Under the pieces are notes generated by a model. That model searched no databases, had not been told where the DNA came from, and worked only from the letters and a program-made list of their open reading frames with translations. The position numbers and the translations under genes are program-made. Source: Candidatus Cloacimonadota bacterium (GTDB taxonomy: Bacteria; Cloacimonadota; Cloacimonadia; JGIOTU-2). From it: a stretch of 64,000 nucleotides of DNA. The stretch spans positions 128,001 to 192,000 of the forward strand of contig JBNGBT010000002.1 in the NCBI GenBank assembly GCA_049903315.1, read 5' to 3'. This document shows positions 36,754 to 47,900 of this stretch, piece by piece; positions within the stretch are counted from its first letter, which is position 1; every line of letters starts with the position of its first letter.

Positions 36754-37188
36754 ATGGCAAAAAAAGTTTTAGCAAAAATTAAGATACAATTGGCTGCAGG
36801 TCAGGCAACTCCTGCTCCTCCGGTTGGTCCAGCTTTGGGTCAGCATGGTGTGAATATTGGTGAGTTCTGCAAGCAGTTCAATGATAAGACAAAAGATCAA
36901 CCGGGAATGATCATTCCTGCAGTGATCACTGTCTGGGCAGATAGAACATTCAGTTTTATTACAAAAACACCTCCTGCAGCAGTTTTGATAAAAAAAGAAG
37001 CTGGTTTAGCAAAAGGTTCTGGTGTACCCAATAGAGAAAAGATCGGCTCAATCACAGAAGAGCAGATCGAAAAGATCGCAAAGATCAAAATGGAAGATTT
37101 GAATGCTGCAGACATCGAAGCTGCAAAAAAAATGGTCGCTGGAACTGCTCGTAGCATGGGTATCACCATTCAGCATAAAGTGAAATAG
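36754..37188 (+). CDS. rplK: 50S ribosomal protein L11
   Basis: [25 protein letters not shown]. Confidence 0.98.
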   Translation: MAKKVLAKIKIQLAAGQATPAPPVGPALGQHGVNIGEFCKQFNDKTKDQPGMIIPAVITVWADRTFSFITKTPPAAVLIKKEAGLAKGSGVPNREKIGSITEEQIEKIAKIKMEDLNAADIEAAKKMVAGTARSMGITIQHKVK

Positions 37189-37201
37189 AGGAGCATACTT
37201 C

Positions 37202-37909
37202 ATGAAAAGAGGTAAGAAATATAATCAGGGTCTAGAGAAGATTGAAGCTGATAAAGCCTACGGGCTTGCTGAATCTCTGAATCTACTGAAAGAAATTGCG
37301 AATAAAGATTTCGATGAAACCGTTGAGGTTCACGTTCGCTTAGGTGTAGATCCTAAAAAGGCAAACCAGATGGTTCGTGGTACAGTTGTGCTTCCTCATG
37401 GAACCGGTAAAGATGTAAAAGTGCTTGTCTTTGCAGAAGGTGATAAAGTTGAAGAAGCAAAGAATGCCGGCGCAGACTATGTCGGTATGGATGATCTCGC
37501 AGAAAAGATACAGGGAGGTTGGACTGATTTTGATGTTGCAATCGCAACTCCTAATATGATGGGTAAGGTTGGTAAGCTGGCTCGTATCCTTGGACCCAGA
37601 AAATTGATGCCCAATCCAAAAACCGGCACAATTACCACTGATCTTGAAAAAGCAGTCAAAGAAGCAAAAGCAGGGAAGGTTGAGTATCGTATTGACAAAT
37701 TTGCAAATATTCATGTTCCTATTGGAAAAGTCTCATTTGAAAATGAAAAATTGTCAGAGAATTCAAACGTATTAATGCGTGCGATACTTCGTGATAGACC
37801 TGCATCATCTAAGGGTCGATATGTAAGAAACGTTACCCTGTGCTCAACTATGAGCCCCGGCATTAAAATAGATTCAGTCGGTTACATCAAAGAAATTCAA
37901 GCGAAATAA
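37202..37909 (+). CDS. rplA: 50S ribosomal protein L1
   Basis: [30 protein letters not shown]. Confidence 0.98.
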   Translation: MKRGKKYNQGLEKIEADKAYGLAESLNLLKEIANKDFDETVEVHVRLGVDPKKANQMVRGTVVLPHGTGKDVKVLVFAEGDKVEEAKNAGADYVGMDDLAEKIQGGWTDFDVAIATPNMMGKVGKLARILGPRKLMPNPKTGTITTDLEKAVKEAKAGKVEYRIDKFANIHVPIGKVSFENEKLSENSNVLMRAILRDRPASSKGRYVRNVTLCSTMSPGIKIDSVGYIKEIQAK

Positions 37910-37921
37910 ATAGGAAATTAT

Positions 37922-38464
37922 ATGGAACAGAAAGCTGTAAATCCAAAAAACATTGAAAATGTTCATCAGTTAAAAGAACGTTTGGATGAAGCAAAAGCCA
38001 TAGTGCTTGTTGATTATAAAGGAATATCTGTTCAGGAAGATACAGATCTGAGATGCAAATTTAGAGATAATAAGGTTGATTACTTTGTTGCAAAAAATAC
38101 ACTGTTGAAATTAGCTGCAAAAGACTTATCCATAGAAGGTCTTGATGAATATCTTGTTGGTCCTACTGCTGTAGCAGTATCAAAGGAAGATGAAATCATT
38201 CCTTCGAAATTAATTTCGGATTTTATGAAGAGTCTTCCTGACGAAAAAGATTTTTTCAAATTTAAAGTCGGGATAATTGATAACCAGTTAATGAATGTTC
38301 AGGCACTTGAAAAAATAGTGAACCTACCTTCTAAACAGGAATTACTTGCGAAAGTGGTCGGAAGTCTCAATTCACCTATCTTTGGATTAGTATATACACT
38401 AAACAGTATTTTGCAGAAGTTGGTTCTTGTACTCAATGAGATCAAGAATAAACAGCAATCATAA
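37922..38464 (+). CDS. rplJ: 50S ribosomal protein L10
   Basis: VDYKG, VAKNTL, GPTAVA, LPSKQELLA. Confidence 0.96.
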   Translation: MEQKAVNPKNIENVHQLKERLDEAKAIVLVDYKGISVQEDTDLRCKFRDNKVDYFVAKNTLLKLAAKDLSIEGLDEYLVGPTAVAVSKEDEIIPSKLISDFMKSLPDEKDFFKFKVGIIDNQLMNVQALEKIVNLPSKQELLAKVVGSLNSPIFGLVYTLNSILQKLVLVLNEIKNKQQS

Positions 38465-38535
38465 ACGTATTTAACTGCATTTTGAAATAATTATAATAAA
38501 ATAAATGATAGTATGCTTAATTATAGGAGGATATA

Positions 38536-38922
38536 ATGGCAGAAGGCAGCAAAAAAGATAAGATCATTGAGCTTGTAAAAGAACTCAATGTAATGGAATT
38601 AGCAGAATTAGTAAAAGCGTTAGAAGAAGAATTTGGTGTGTCAGCTGCTGCACCAGTCGCCGCGGTTGCTGGTCCTGTTGCAGGCGAAGCCGCAAAAGAA
38701 GAAGAAGAGCAAACAGAGTTTGACGTGATCTTAACAAATTCCGGAGCAAAGAAGATCCAGGTTATTAAGGTTGTCCGTCAGATTACAAAATTAGGATTGA
38801 AAGAATCCAAAGCCCTCGTAGATGAAGCACCAAAACCAGTAGCAGAAGGTGTTTCAAAAGATGAAGCGCAGTCAATTAAAGAGAAGATCGAAGCTGAAGG
38901 TGGCTCTGTAGAGATTAAGTAA
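38536..38922 (+). CDS. rplL: 50S ribosomal protein L7/L12
   Basis: [29 protein letters not shown]. Confidence 0.98.
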   Translation: MAEGSKKDKIIELVKELNVMELAELVKALEEEFGVSAAAPVAAVAGPVAGEAAKEEEEQTEFDVILTNSGAKKIQVIKVVRQITKLGLKESKALVDEAPKPVAEGVSKDEAQSIKEKIEAEGGSVEIK

Positions 38923-38963
38923 ATAATGACGTGTTCAATAACACATTTCATTCAAACACTAAT

Positions 38964-38997
38964 AGACTCTTCATTCATACGAATGAAGATGTCTTTT
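38964..38997 (+). terminator. Terminator/attenuator hairpin between rplL and rpoB
   Basis: AGAC-TCTTCATTC-ATAC-GAATGAAGA-TGTCT followed by TTT. Confidence 0.55.
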
Positions 38998-39013
38998 GCT
39001 AAATAAGGAGCAC

Positions 39014-42000
39014 ATGAAGGAAAGAAATAGCTTTTCCAAAATGGCTGAACATCTTCATGGATTTGAACTGCCTGAAGTAGAGATCCCCAATCTGCTCACA
39101 ATGCAGAAAGGGTCATATGCAAAATTTCTGCAAAAGGACGTTCTTCCTGAAAAGAGAGAAGATAAAGGCTTGCAGGAAGTATTTAATAATCACTTCCCTG
39201 TAGAGGATACGCAAGGTCAATTCTTGCTAGAGTTCGTTCAATATACTGTTCTTAAGGAGAAATATACTCCTGACGAATGTATTGAACGAAATCTTACCTA
39301 TAGTTCTCCATTGAAAGTTAAATTCCGTTTAACAACCTTTGAGAAAACTGTTGAAGGTGAGCAGCAAAGAATTAAAAGCGTAAAAGAAAAAGACCTTTTT
39401 CTCGGTGAGATTCCAATGATTACCGATAGGGGAACCTTCATCATCAATGGTGAGGAGCGTGTGATAATTAGTCAGCTCCACCGCTCGCCGGGTGTCACTT
39501 TTACCAGTGAAACTCATGGAAGCGGCAAAGTTCTCTACAATGCAAAGGTCATTCCTGTTCAGGGTTCATGGTTCCAATTTCTTACAGACACTCAAGATGT
39601 CATCTATGTTCTTATAGATAAACGCCACAAAGTACCTGTGACAACAATTCTGCGCTGTCAAGGGCTGTCCGATAATAATTCGATAAGGAAAACGTTTTAC
39701 ACTCCTCAAGAAATCGACCTTACAAAAGATGAATTTATTGAAAGAGTACTTTTTGAAGATATTATCGATAAAAAGAGTGGCGAAGTAATTGCAGAAGGCG
39801 GTGCACTTCTTACAGAAGGTCTTGTTGATAAGATATTAAAAGTTAAGTTCAAAAAAGTACAGGTTATCCACGAAAGCCAGGACGATGAGAGAAGAATCGT
39901 GGAAAGCACGCTTGCAAAAGACCCGACAGCATCTGAAGAAGAAGCACTCAAATTCATCTATAATATTATTCGTCCCGGAGAAGAACCTCCGATTGATACT
40001 GCGCGGGAACTTATCGAAAGAATATTCTTCAACCCTAAGAGATATAGTCTCGGCGAGGTTGGAAGGTATAAACTAAACAGACGGCTTCATCTCGAAATTC
40101 CAATTGAAACACAAATACTAACGAAAGATGATTTCATTGCAATTATTAATGAAATGGTCCGTTTATACAAAGGGATCAGTACGACAGATGATATTGATCA
40201 CCTCAGTAATAGACGCGTTAGTGGTGTAGGTGAACTTGTCGCCAACCAATTTTCAATTGGGCTTTCAAGAGTAGCAAGAATTGCACGTGAAAGAATGACC
40301 CTCAGTTCCAGTGATGATGCATCAGTACTTGGTTTAGTAAATACTAATGCCTTGATGGCAGTGGTGAATTCCTTCTTTCTTACTGGCGAACTATCTCAAT
40401 TTATGGAACAAACAAATCCTCTTGCAGCTATCACTCACATGCGACGTTTGAGTGCTTTAGGTCCAGGTGGATTAACCAGAGAGCGAGCGGGTTTTGAAGT
40501 GCGAGATGTGCACTATTCACATTATGGAAGGATCTGCCCAATCGAAACTCCAGAAGGACCGAATATTGGTCTTTTAACTTCACCGGCTATTTATGCACGA
40601 GTGAATCAGTTTGGTTTTTTAGAGACTCCTTATATCAAGGTTGATAACGGCAGAGTTACTCATCAAGTCGATTATCTCGATCCTACACAGGAAGAGAATA
40701 TGAAAATCGCACAAGCAGGCATTGAAGTTGATAAAAATGGAAACATTATCAAAGAGCGTGTATTCTGCCTTTCTGGTGGTGACTTTGTTCTCGTTCCAAA
40801 AGAAGAAGTTGATTATATCGACTCTTCCAGACAGCAGATCGTAAGTGTTTCTGCCGGTCTTGTACCTTTCCTCGATCACGATGATGCAAATAGAGCATTG
40901 ATGGGATCCAACATGCAGCGGCAAGCGGTACCTCTTATAAAACCAAGACCACCAATTGTCGCCACCGGAATTGAGAAATTAGTTGCTCAGGATTCTGAAC
41001 TTGCAATAAAAGCTCCATTCAATGGGGAAGTTGAAAAGGTTTCTTCAGATGAGATCGTGCTGAAAAGAATATTTGAAGATGGTGAGAAAGAATCGATTTC
41101 TGCTTTGGAAGATAAAAGAGTTTTTAAACTGAAAAAATTCCAGCGAACTAACCAGGAAACCTGTATTAATCAGCATCCTGAAGTTATCGTCGGACAGAAA
41201 ATCAAAAAAGGTGAATTGATCACTGATGGTCCTGCTATCAAAGATGGCGAACTTGCCCTTGGTACGAATATGCTTGTTGCATTTATGCCATGGTACGGAT
41301 ACAACTATGAAGATGCGATCATCATCAGTGAAAAAGTTGCCCGTGAAGATGAGCTGACCTCGATTTATATTGAAGAGCTCGAGGTGCTCGTACGCAGCAC
41401 CCGCGAAGGTGATGAAGAACTCACTGACGATATTCCCAATGTGCCAAAATTCGCATTAAGAAATCTTGATGCTACAGGTGTGGTCCGCGTTGGCTCTCAT
41501 GTTAAATCTGGCGACATATTAGTTGGAAAGATAACTCCGAAATCATCAAATGTGGATCTGTCGCCTGAAGAAAAGTTGATGCGTGCTTTATTTGGAGAAC
41601 GTGCGGGTGATTTTTCTGATACATCATTAAAGGCAAAACCTGGTATGGAAGGTGTGGTTGTTGATGTAAAAGTTTTCTCAAAAGCTGAAAGCGACGAATT
41701 CTCAGAACAAGAAAAAGAAGAAAAACTTTCAAAGCTGAAAGCGAAATTTGATGCGGAAAATAAGAAAATATTTAAATTCCTCAAAACTAAGTTGACAGAC
41801 TTATTGCTTGGTGAAACTGCATATAGAATCACTGAAGAGAAAACAGGACGTTTCTTTATCCCACCCAATAAAAAAATTACTGATGAAGAATTGAAAAAAA
41901 TCTCATTTAGAAAATTGAATCTTGAAAATAAACTTACTGAAGATGAGAAAAAAAATGAGCAGATCTACGAAGATATAATTGTCGATGTAAAAAATGCTCT

Positions 42001-42832
42001 TGATGAAAATGATAATAATTATAAGAAACTCAAAGACCGTGTTAAATATGGAGATGAACTTCCTTCTGGTGTATTGAAAATGGTGAAGATCTTCATCGCT
42101 AAAAAACGACAGGTTGAAGTCGGCGACAAAATGGCAGGACGTCATGGTAATAAAGGCGTAATCGCAAAGATCGCTCCTATTCAAGATATGCCTTTTATCG
42201 AAGACGGAACTCCTGTTGATATTATTCTTAATCCACTCGGTGTGCCTTCTCGTATGAATATTGGACAAATTCTAGAAACTCACCTTGGTTGGGCTGCCAG
42301 AGCTCTAGGATACGAAGTAGAAACTCCGGTTTTTGACAGCGCAACGATCCAGGAAATCACAGATGAACTCAAAAAAGCAGATTTAACTGAAGATGGGAAA
42401 GTTGTACTTTATGATGGAAAGACTGGTGAAGCAATGCACGAACGCGTCACAGTTGGTGTGATATATATGATGAAATTGAACCACCTTGTTGTTGATAAAA
42501 TGCATGCTCGTTCAACTGGACCTTATTCACTTGTCACTCAGCAGCCTCTCGGAGGTAAAGCACAACATGGCGGACAGCGACTCGGTGAAATGGAAGTCTG
42601 GGCTTTAGAAGCTTATGGCGCATCTCGCCTTCTTCAGGAAATGCTCACAGTAAAATCTGATGATGTTGATGGTAGAAATCAAACATATGAAGCGATCACA
42701 AAAGGTAAGGAATTACCAGCTCCTGGTATTCCTGAATCATTTAATGTTCTTGCAAGCGAGCTAAAGAGTCTTTGTTTGGATTTCGATCTGCTTTCAGACA
42801 AATCTGAAAGCTCAACCGTGAATAATAAGTAA
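39014..42832 (+). CDS. rpoB: RNA polymerase beta subunit
   Basis: GRICPIETPEGPNIGL, GDKMAGRHGNKG, GEMEVWALEAYG; AAGGAG RBS before ATG 39014. Confidence 0.99.
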   Translation: MKERNSFSKMAEHLHGFELPEVEIPNLLTMQKGSYAKFLQKDVLPEKREDKGLQEVFNNHFPVEDTQGQFLLEFVQYTVLKEKYTPDECIERNLTYSSPLKVKFRLTTFEKTVEGEQQRIKSVKEKDLFLGEIPMITDRGTFIINGEERVIISQLHRSPGVTFTSETHGSGKVLYNAKVIPVQGSWFQFLTDTQDVIYVLIDKRHKVPVTTILRCQGLSDNNSIRKTFYTPQEIDLTKDEFIERVLFEDIIDKKSGEVIAEGGALLTEGLVDKILKVKFKKVQVIHESQDDERRIVESTLAKDPTASEEEALKFIYNIIRPGEEPPIDTARELIERIFFNPKRYSLGEVGRYKLNRRLHLEIPIETQILTKDDFIAIINEMVRLYKGISTTDDIDHLSNRRVSGVGELVANQFSIGLSRVARIARERMTLSSSDDASVLGLVNTNALMAVVNSFFLTGELSQFMEQTNPLAAITHMRRLSALGPGGLTRERAGFEVRDVHYSHYGRICPIETPEGPNIGLLTSPAIYARVNQFGFLETPYIKVDNGRVTHQVDYLDPTQEENMKIAQAGIEVDKNGNIIKERVFCLSGGDFVLVPKEEVDYIDSSRQQIVSVSAGLVPFLDHDDANRALMGSNMQRQAVPLIKPRPPIVATGIEKLVAQDSELAIKAPFNGEVEKVSSDEIVLKRIFEDGEKESISALEDKRVFKLKKFQRTNQETCINQHPEVIVGQKIKKGELITDGPAIKDGELALGTNMLVAFMPWYGYNYEDAIIISEKVAREDELTSIYIEELEVLVRSTREGDEELTDDIPNVPKFALRNLDATGVVRVGSHVKSGDILVGKITPKSSNVDLSPEEKLMRALFGERAGDFSDTSLKAKPGMEGVVVDVKVFSKAESDEFSEQEKEEKLSKLKAKFDAENKKIFKFLKTKLTDLLLGETAYRITEEKTGRFFIPPNKKITDEELKKISFRKLNLENKLTEDEKKNEQIYEDIIVDVKNALDENDNNYKKLKDRVKYGDELPSGVLKMVKIFIAKKRQVEVGDKMAGRHGNKGVIAKIAPIQDMPFIEDGTPVDIILNPLGVPSRMNIGQILETHLGWAARALGYEVETPVFDSATIQEITDELKKADLTEDGKVVLYDGKTGEAMHERVTVGVIYMMKLNHLVVDKMHARSTGPYSLVTQQPLGGKAQHGGQRLGEMEVWALEAYGASRLLQEMLTVKSDDVDGRNQTYEAITKGKELPAPGIPESFNVLASELKSLCLDFDLLSDKSESSTVNNK

Positions 42833-42855
42833 CACCCCAAACATGAGGGTCATAC

Positions 42856-45800
42856 ATGATTAGAGAATTAAAAAGAGATAAGATTGTAAAAGATTACGAT
42901 TATGTAAGCATAAAGATTGCTTCTCCCGAGAAGGTCCGTGACTGGTCTTACGGAGAAGTGACCAGACCTGAAACGATAAATTACAGAACACTCAAGCCAG
43001 AGAAAGATGGTTTGTTTTGTGAAAGGATATTCGGACCAGAAAAGGACTACGAATGTTCTTGCGGCAAGTATAAGAAATATCGTTTCAAGGGCTTGATCTG
43101 TGACCGCTGTGGTGTAGAAGTTACTTCCTCGAAAGTTCGTCGCCAGAGAATGGGACATATCGAGCTTGCAGTACCGGTAGCCCACATATGGTTTGTGAAG
43201 CAAATACCCAGTCCAATTCAGCTTCTACTTGATCTGAAATCGAAAGAATTAGATCGTGTTCTTTATTATGAATCTTATATTGTTCTCAATCCTGGTGCAT
43301 CTGAATATAATGTCGGTGATGTTATTGATGAAGAATCCTATCAGCAAGCAAAAGAGAAATATCCTACCGCCTTTGAAGCTGAGATGGGTGCGGAACCGAT
43401 CAGAAAACTCCTCTCTGAAATTGAACTGAATGATGAAGTAGATAAACTCCGAACTTCAATAAAATTTGAAACTAAACAAGCAAAAGCCAAACTTATAAAA
43501 AAACTGAAAATTGTCGATGCATTTTTAAATTCTGGTAACCGACCGGAATGGATGATACTTGAGACAATCCCAGTCATGCCCCCTGACCTGAGACCCCTTG
43601 TATATCTTGAGGGTGGAAGTTTTGCAACTGCTGATTTCAATGATCTTTATAGAAGGGTCATTACTCGAAATAACCGTCTTAAAGCACTTATAGAAGGACA
43701 TGCTCCTGAGGTTATCCTGCGTAATGAAAAGAGAATTCTCCAAGAAGCAGTTGATGCACTTTTGGATAACGGTAGAAAATCCAGACCTGTGAAGGGGAGA
43801 GGAAACAGACCTCTTAAATCATTAAGCGATCAGCTCAAAGGTAAAAAAGGTCGATTTCGACAGAATCTTCTTGGAAAACGTGTTGATTATTCTGGTCGAT
43901 CAGTTATTGTTATTGGTCCCGACTTGCAGCTTAATCAGTGCGGGTTACCCAAGAAAATGGCACTCGAGCTCTTCAAACCTTACATCATTGAAAGAATAGA
44001 GAAATTCGAAGGTGTCAGCACAACCAAGCAGGCAAAACGTCTCATGGAAGAGAAAAAGCCCGAAGTATGGAAGATACTTGAAGAAGTAATAAAGGATTAT
44101 CCTGTTCTTTTAAACAGAGCTCCTACTCTTCATAGATTGAGCATGCAGGCATTTATACCAGTACTCATTGAAGAAAAAGCCATCCAACTTCATCCACTCC
44201 TATGTTATCCCTTCAATGCTGACTTTGATGGTGACCAGATGGCTGTGCATATTCCACTTTCTGGCGAAGCACAAATGGAAGCTCGTGCACTCATGACTCC
44301 TGTGAATAATATTCTCTCTCCAGCGAACGGAAAACCGGTGCTCATGGCGAGTCAGGACATTGTGCTTGGAGTATATTTCCTCACAACTGCAACGACAGAA
44401 GAACCTGAAGATGTTAAGAAACTCCCTAAATTCAATTCTACTGAAGAAGTGCTTATTGCATATGAACTTAACGGCAATAAATCATATCAAAAATATGAAG
44501 TGTCAGAAGAAGATACAGGTTTGCACATTCATTCGTGGATCGAATATAAGTGTCCGGGTTCAGGAAAGCGTATAATTACTACTGTCGGAAGAGTTATCTT
44601 CAACCAAATTATCCCCAAGGATATTAGTTTCAAGAATTATAATTTTGATAAAGGTAAGATTAACCAACTCACCTATGAAGTATATGAGAAGTATGGCGCA
44701 GAGCGAACTGCATATTATCTCGATGACTTAAAAAACATTGGTTTTCAATATGCAACAAAATCTGGGACGACCTTTGGTATGGTTGATGTTATTGTTCCCA
44801 AAGAAAAAGTGAGTATCCTCGGACGTTCCGAAGACGGAGTATTGGAAATTCAAGATGAGTATGATACCGGTATTATTACGGAAAGTGAACGCTATGACCG
44901 TCTGATCGACCAGTGGAAAATCGCAACTGAAGAGATCACTGACAGGATGATGGAGGAACTCAAGTTGGACAGGCAGGGATTCAACCCTATCTGGATTATG
45001 GCTGTATCCGGTGCACGTGGTGGAAGAGATCAGATCAAACAACTCGGCGCAATGAGAGGTTTGATGGAGAAGCCATCACGAAAACTTACTGGTGAAATGG
45101 GCGAGATTATAGAAAACCCGATCAAATCAAACTTTAAAGAAGGGTTGAGTATTCTTGAATACTTCATTTCCACACACGGTGCTCGTAAAGGATTGGCTGA
45201 TACTGCGTTGAAAACAGCTGATGCCGGTTATCTGACTCGTCGTCTTGTTGATGTTGCACAATCAGTTGTTATCTCGACCATCGATTGCGGAACCATGCAG
45301 GGTGTAGATATGACTTCACTCAAAGAAGGTAATAAAACTATTGAGCCCTTGAGTGATCGAATTAAAGGTCGTACTGCTGTTGAAGAAGTTGTCGATCCAG
45401 TAAGCGGAGAGATAATCGTAGAAGCCGGCGAGACCATCTCTGACGCTAAAGCAAATCTTATTCAAAAGCATGGTATCAGAGTAGTTCGAATTCGTTCTGT
45501 CCTGACTTGTGAAGCAGATAAGGGTATTTGTGCGAAATGCTATGGAAGAAATCTTTCTACAGGAAAACCGGCTACGATCGGTGAACCTGTTGGCGTGATC
45601 GCAGCACAGAGTATTGGTGAGCCGGGAACACAGCTTACACTACGTACTTTCCATATTGGAGGTGCAGCAAGCACGATGGTGGAAGAAGCAGAAGTTAATG
45701 CTGAAAAAGATGGTATCGTTAAATATGACAGATTAGATTATGTCGTAAACAGGGATAATCAAAAGATAGCCTCAAGTTATCAGGGAAAAATCCGTGTTAT

Positions 45801-47037
45801 TGATCCGGAATCAAAAGAAGAGCTCAGTCATTACAATGTTGAGTATGGCGCTACTATCTTTGTTTCTGAAGATCAAAAAGTTGTGAAAGACACTCTCTTA
45901 TTTAGCTGGGATAACTATAATACGCCATTGATATCAACTGCTGAAGGAACTGTGCACTATGATGATTTTATAACTGACGAAACATATAAAACAGAATTCA
46001 ATGAACTGACGGGACGAACAGAGATGACAATTCTTGAATCAAGAGATGTCGGAAAACAGGCAACACTCATCATTGAAACCGATAAAAAGAAAAAAATTAA
46101 AGTACCATTACCTGCTGGACTTAATCTTGAAATCGAAGAAGGATCACGAGTATTTCCTGGCGAAATTCTAGGTAAAACCTCCCGTGTAACAGTGAAACAG
46201 AGAGATATCACAGGTGGTCTTCCACGTGTGGTAGAGCTTTTTGAAGCTCGCTCCCCTTCAAGTAAGGCAGTTATTAGTGAAATCGATGGTGTGGTAAAAA
46301 TCGGAAAACTGACTCGTCTTGGAAGAAAAGTTACAATCTCCTCTGAAGCATCAGGTATTGACCAAGACTACACTATTCCTTATGGACGTAGAATCATTGT
46401 CCACGAGGGAGATGTCGTTGAAAATGGAGATCCATTATCAGATGGACCTCTTGATCCGCATGATATTCTCACTGCAAAAGGTGTGGTCGCAACTCAGGAA
46501 TTTATCACAAATGAAGTTCTAGAAATATATCGTAAGCAGGGTGTGGATATCAATGACAAGCACATTCGTGTGATCGTTCGCCAGATGATGCAGAAAGTAA
46601 AAATACTCGATCCTGGTGATACAATTTTCCTTGAGGGTGAGATCGTTGATAAGCTTCATGTGAAGAAAGTGAATATCCAAGCTGAACAGGACGGCGGCAA
46701 GGTCGCGACATTTGAACAGCTTCTCATGGGTATTACAAAATCTGCGCTGATCACAGAAAGCTTTATATCTGCAGCTTCATTCCAGAATACGACAAAAGTG
46801 CTGACAGAAGCAGCAGTATATGGTAAAGTGGATACCTTGGAAGGGCTGAAGGAAAGTGTGATCATTGGTCACAGAATTCCTGCCGGAACTGGCACGAAAT
46901 ATTGGCGTAAGATGGTAAAAGATACACTTGATGAAGAATTGAGTTTAAAGAAAACAGTTGATAAATTACTTCCAAGAAACAAGATTCCTATTCAGGAAAA
47001 AGATTTTAAAAACAATATACAAGAACAGGAGGCGTAA
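42856..47037 (+). CDS. rpoC: RNA polymerase beta' subunit
   Basis: NADFDGDQM, Zn finger [18 protein letters not shown]. Confidence 0.99.
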   Translation: MIRELKRDKIVKDYDYVSIKIASPEKVRDWSYGEVTRPETINYRTLKPEKDGLFCERIFGPEKDYECSCGKYKKYRFKGLICDRCGVEVTSSKVRRQRMGHIELAVPVAHIWFVKQIPSPIQLLLDLKSKELDRVLYYESYIVLNPGASEYNVGDVIDEESYQQAKEKYPTAFEAEMGAEPIRKLLSEIELNDEVDKLRTSIKFETKQAKAKLIKKLKIVDAFLNSGNRPEWMILETIPVMPPDLRPLVYLEGGSFATADFNDLYRRVITRNNRLKALIEGHAPEVILRNEKRILQEAVDALLDNGRKSRPVKGRGNRPLKSLSDQLKGKKGRFRQNLLGKRVDYSGRSVIVIGPDLQLNQCGLPKKMALELFKPYIIERIEKFEGVSTTKQAKRLMEEKKPEVWKILEEVIKDYPVLLNRAPTLHRLSMQAFIPVLIEEKAIQLHPLLCYPFNADFDGDQMAVHIPLSGEAQMEARALMTPVNNILSPANGKPVLMASQDIVLGVYFLTTATTEEPEDVKKLPKFNSTEEVLIAYELNGNKSYQKYEVSEEDTGLHIHSWIEYKCPGSGKRIITTVGRVIFNQIIPKDISFKNYNFDKGKINQLTYEVYEKYGAERTAYYLDDLKNIGFQYATKSGTTFGMVDVIVPKEKVSILGRSEDGVLEIQDEYDTGIITESERYDRLIDQWKIATEEITDRMMEELKLDRQGFNPIWIMAVSGARGGRDQIKQLGAMRGLMEKPSRKLTGEMGEIIENPIKSNFKEGLSILEYFISTHGARKGLADTALKTADAGYLTRRLVDVAQSVVISTIDCGTMQGVDMTSLKEGNKTIEPLSDRIKGRTAVEEVVDPVSGEIIVEAGETISDAKANLIQKHGIRVVRIRSVLTCEADKGICAKCYGRNLSTGKPATIGEPVGVIAAQSIGEPGTQLTLRTFHIGGAASTMVEEAEVNAEKDGIVKYDRLDYVVNRDNQKIASSYQGKIRVIDPESKEELSHYNVEYGATIFVSEDQKVVKDTLLFSWDNYNTPLISTAEGTVHYDDFITDETYKTEFNELTGRTEMTILESRDVGKQATLIIETDKKKKIKVPLPAGLNLEIEEGSRVFPGEILGKTSRVTVKQRDITGGLPRVVELFEARSPSSKAVISEIDGVVKIGKLTRLGRKVTISSEASGIDQDYTIPYGRRIIVHEGDVVENGDPLSDGPLDPHDILTAKGVVATQEFITNEVLEIYRKQGVDINDKHIRVIVRQMMQKVKILDPGDTIFLEGEIVDKLHVKKVNIQAEQDGGKVATFEQLLMGITKSALITESFISAASFQNTTKVLTEAAVYGKVDTLEGLKESVIIGHRIPAGTGTKYWRKMVKDTLDEELSLKKTVDKLLPRNKIPIQEKDFKNNIQEQEA

Positions 47038-47418
47038 GTGCCTACAATTTCACAACTTATAAGAAAGGGCAGACAGAAGCAGAAGAAGGCAAAAAAGAAT
47101 AAAGCCTTGCAGGGTTGTCCTCAAAAAAGAGGTGTGTGCACAAGAGTGTATACAACGACTCCCAAAAAACCTAACTCTGCTCTGCGTAAAGTTGCCCGTG
47201 TGCGTCTTTCAAATGGGATTGAAGTAACAAGCTATATTCCAGGTGAAGGTCACAATTTACAGGAACACTCCATTGTCTTGATAAGAGGTGGTCGTGTAAA
47301 GGACTTGCCAGGTGTACGTTACCACGTTATTCGTGGAACTCTCGATGCAAGTGGAGTGGATAGTAGAAAGAAAAGCCGTTCGAAGTACGGAACGAAGAAA
47401 ACCAAGAAATTAGGATAG
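47038..47418 (+). CDS. rpsL: 30S ribosomal protein S12
   Basis: [21 protein letters not shown] start. Confidence 0.99.
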   Translation: MPTISQLIRKGRQKQKKAKKNKALQGCPQKRGVCTRVYTTTPKKPNSALRKVARVRLSNGIEVTSYIPGEGHNLQEHSIVLIRGGRVKDLPGVRYHVIRGTLDASGVDSRKKSRSKYGTKKTKKLG

Positions 47419-47427
47419 TGGGTTTAA

Positions 47428-47898
47428 ATGTCTAGAAGAAAGAAAGCTCAAAAAAGACAGATACTTCCTGATCCAAAATATGGTGATATCATTGTTGCGA
47501 AATTTATCAACCAGATGATGGTGCGTGGGAAGAAAAGTCTTGCTGAACGTAAATTTTATCACGCTTTGGATATCATACAGAAGAAGACGCAGGAAGATCC
47601 GATCAAAGTTTTCAAGCAAGCCCTTGAGAACGTGAAGCCAAAAGTTGAAGTGAAAACTCGTAGAATCGGTGGTGCAAACTACCAGGTTCCAATGGAAGTC
47701 GCAAGAGATAGACAGCAAGCACTTGCTTTCAGATGGATCGTTAATTTTTCGCGAAAGCGCCATGAAAAGACTATTGATGAAAAACTTGCTGGTGAGCTTA
47801 TTGCTGCATACAAGAACGAGGGCTCATCAATCAAGAAACGTGAAGAAGTCTGGAGAATGGCAGAAGCGAACAAAGCATTTGCACATTTTAGAATCTAA
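47428..47898 (+). CDS. rpsG: 30S ribosomal protein S7
   Basis: [21 protein letters not shown]. Confidence 0.98.
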   Translation: MSRRKKAQKRQILPDPKYGDIIVAKFINQMMVRGKKSLAERKFYHALDIIQKKTQEDPIKVFKQALENVKPKVEVKTRRIGGANYQVPMEVARDRQQALAFRWIVNFSRKRHEKTIDEKLAGELIAAYKNEGSSIKKREEVWRMAEANKAFAHFRI

Positions 47899-47900
47899 CG

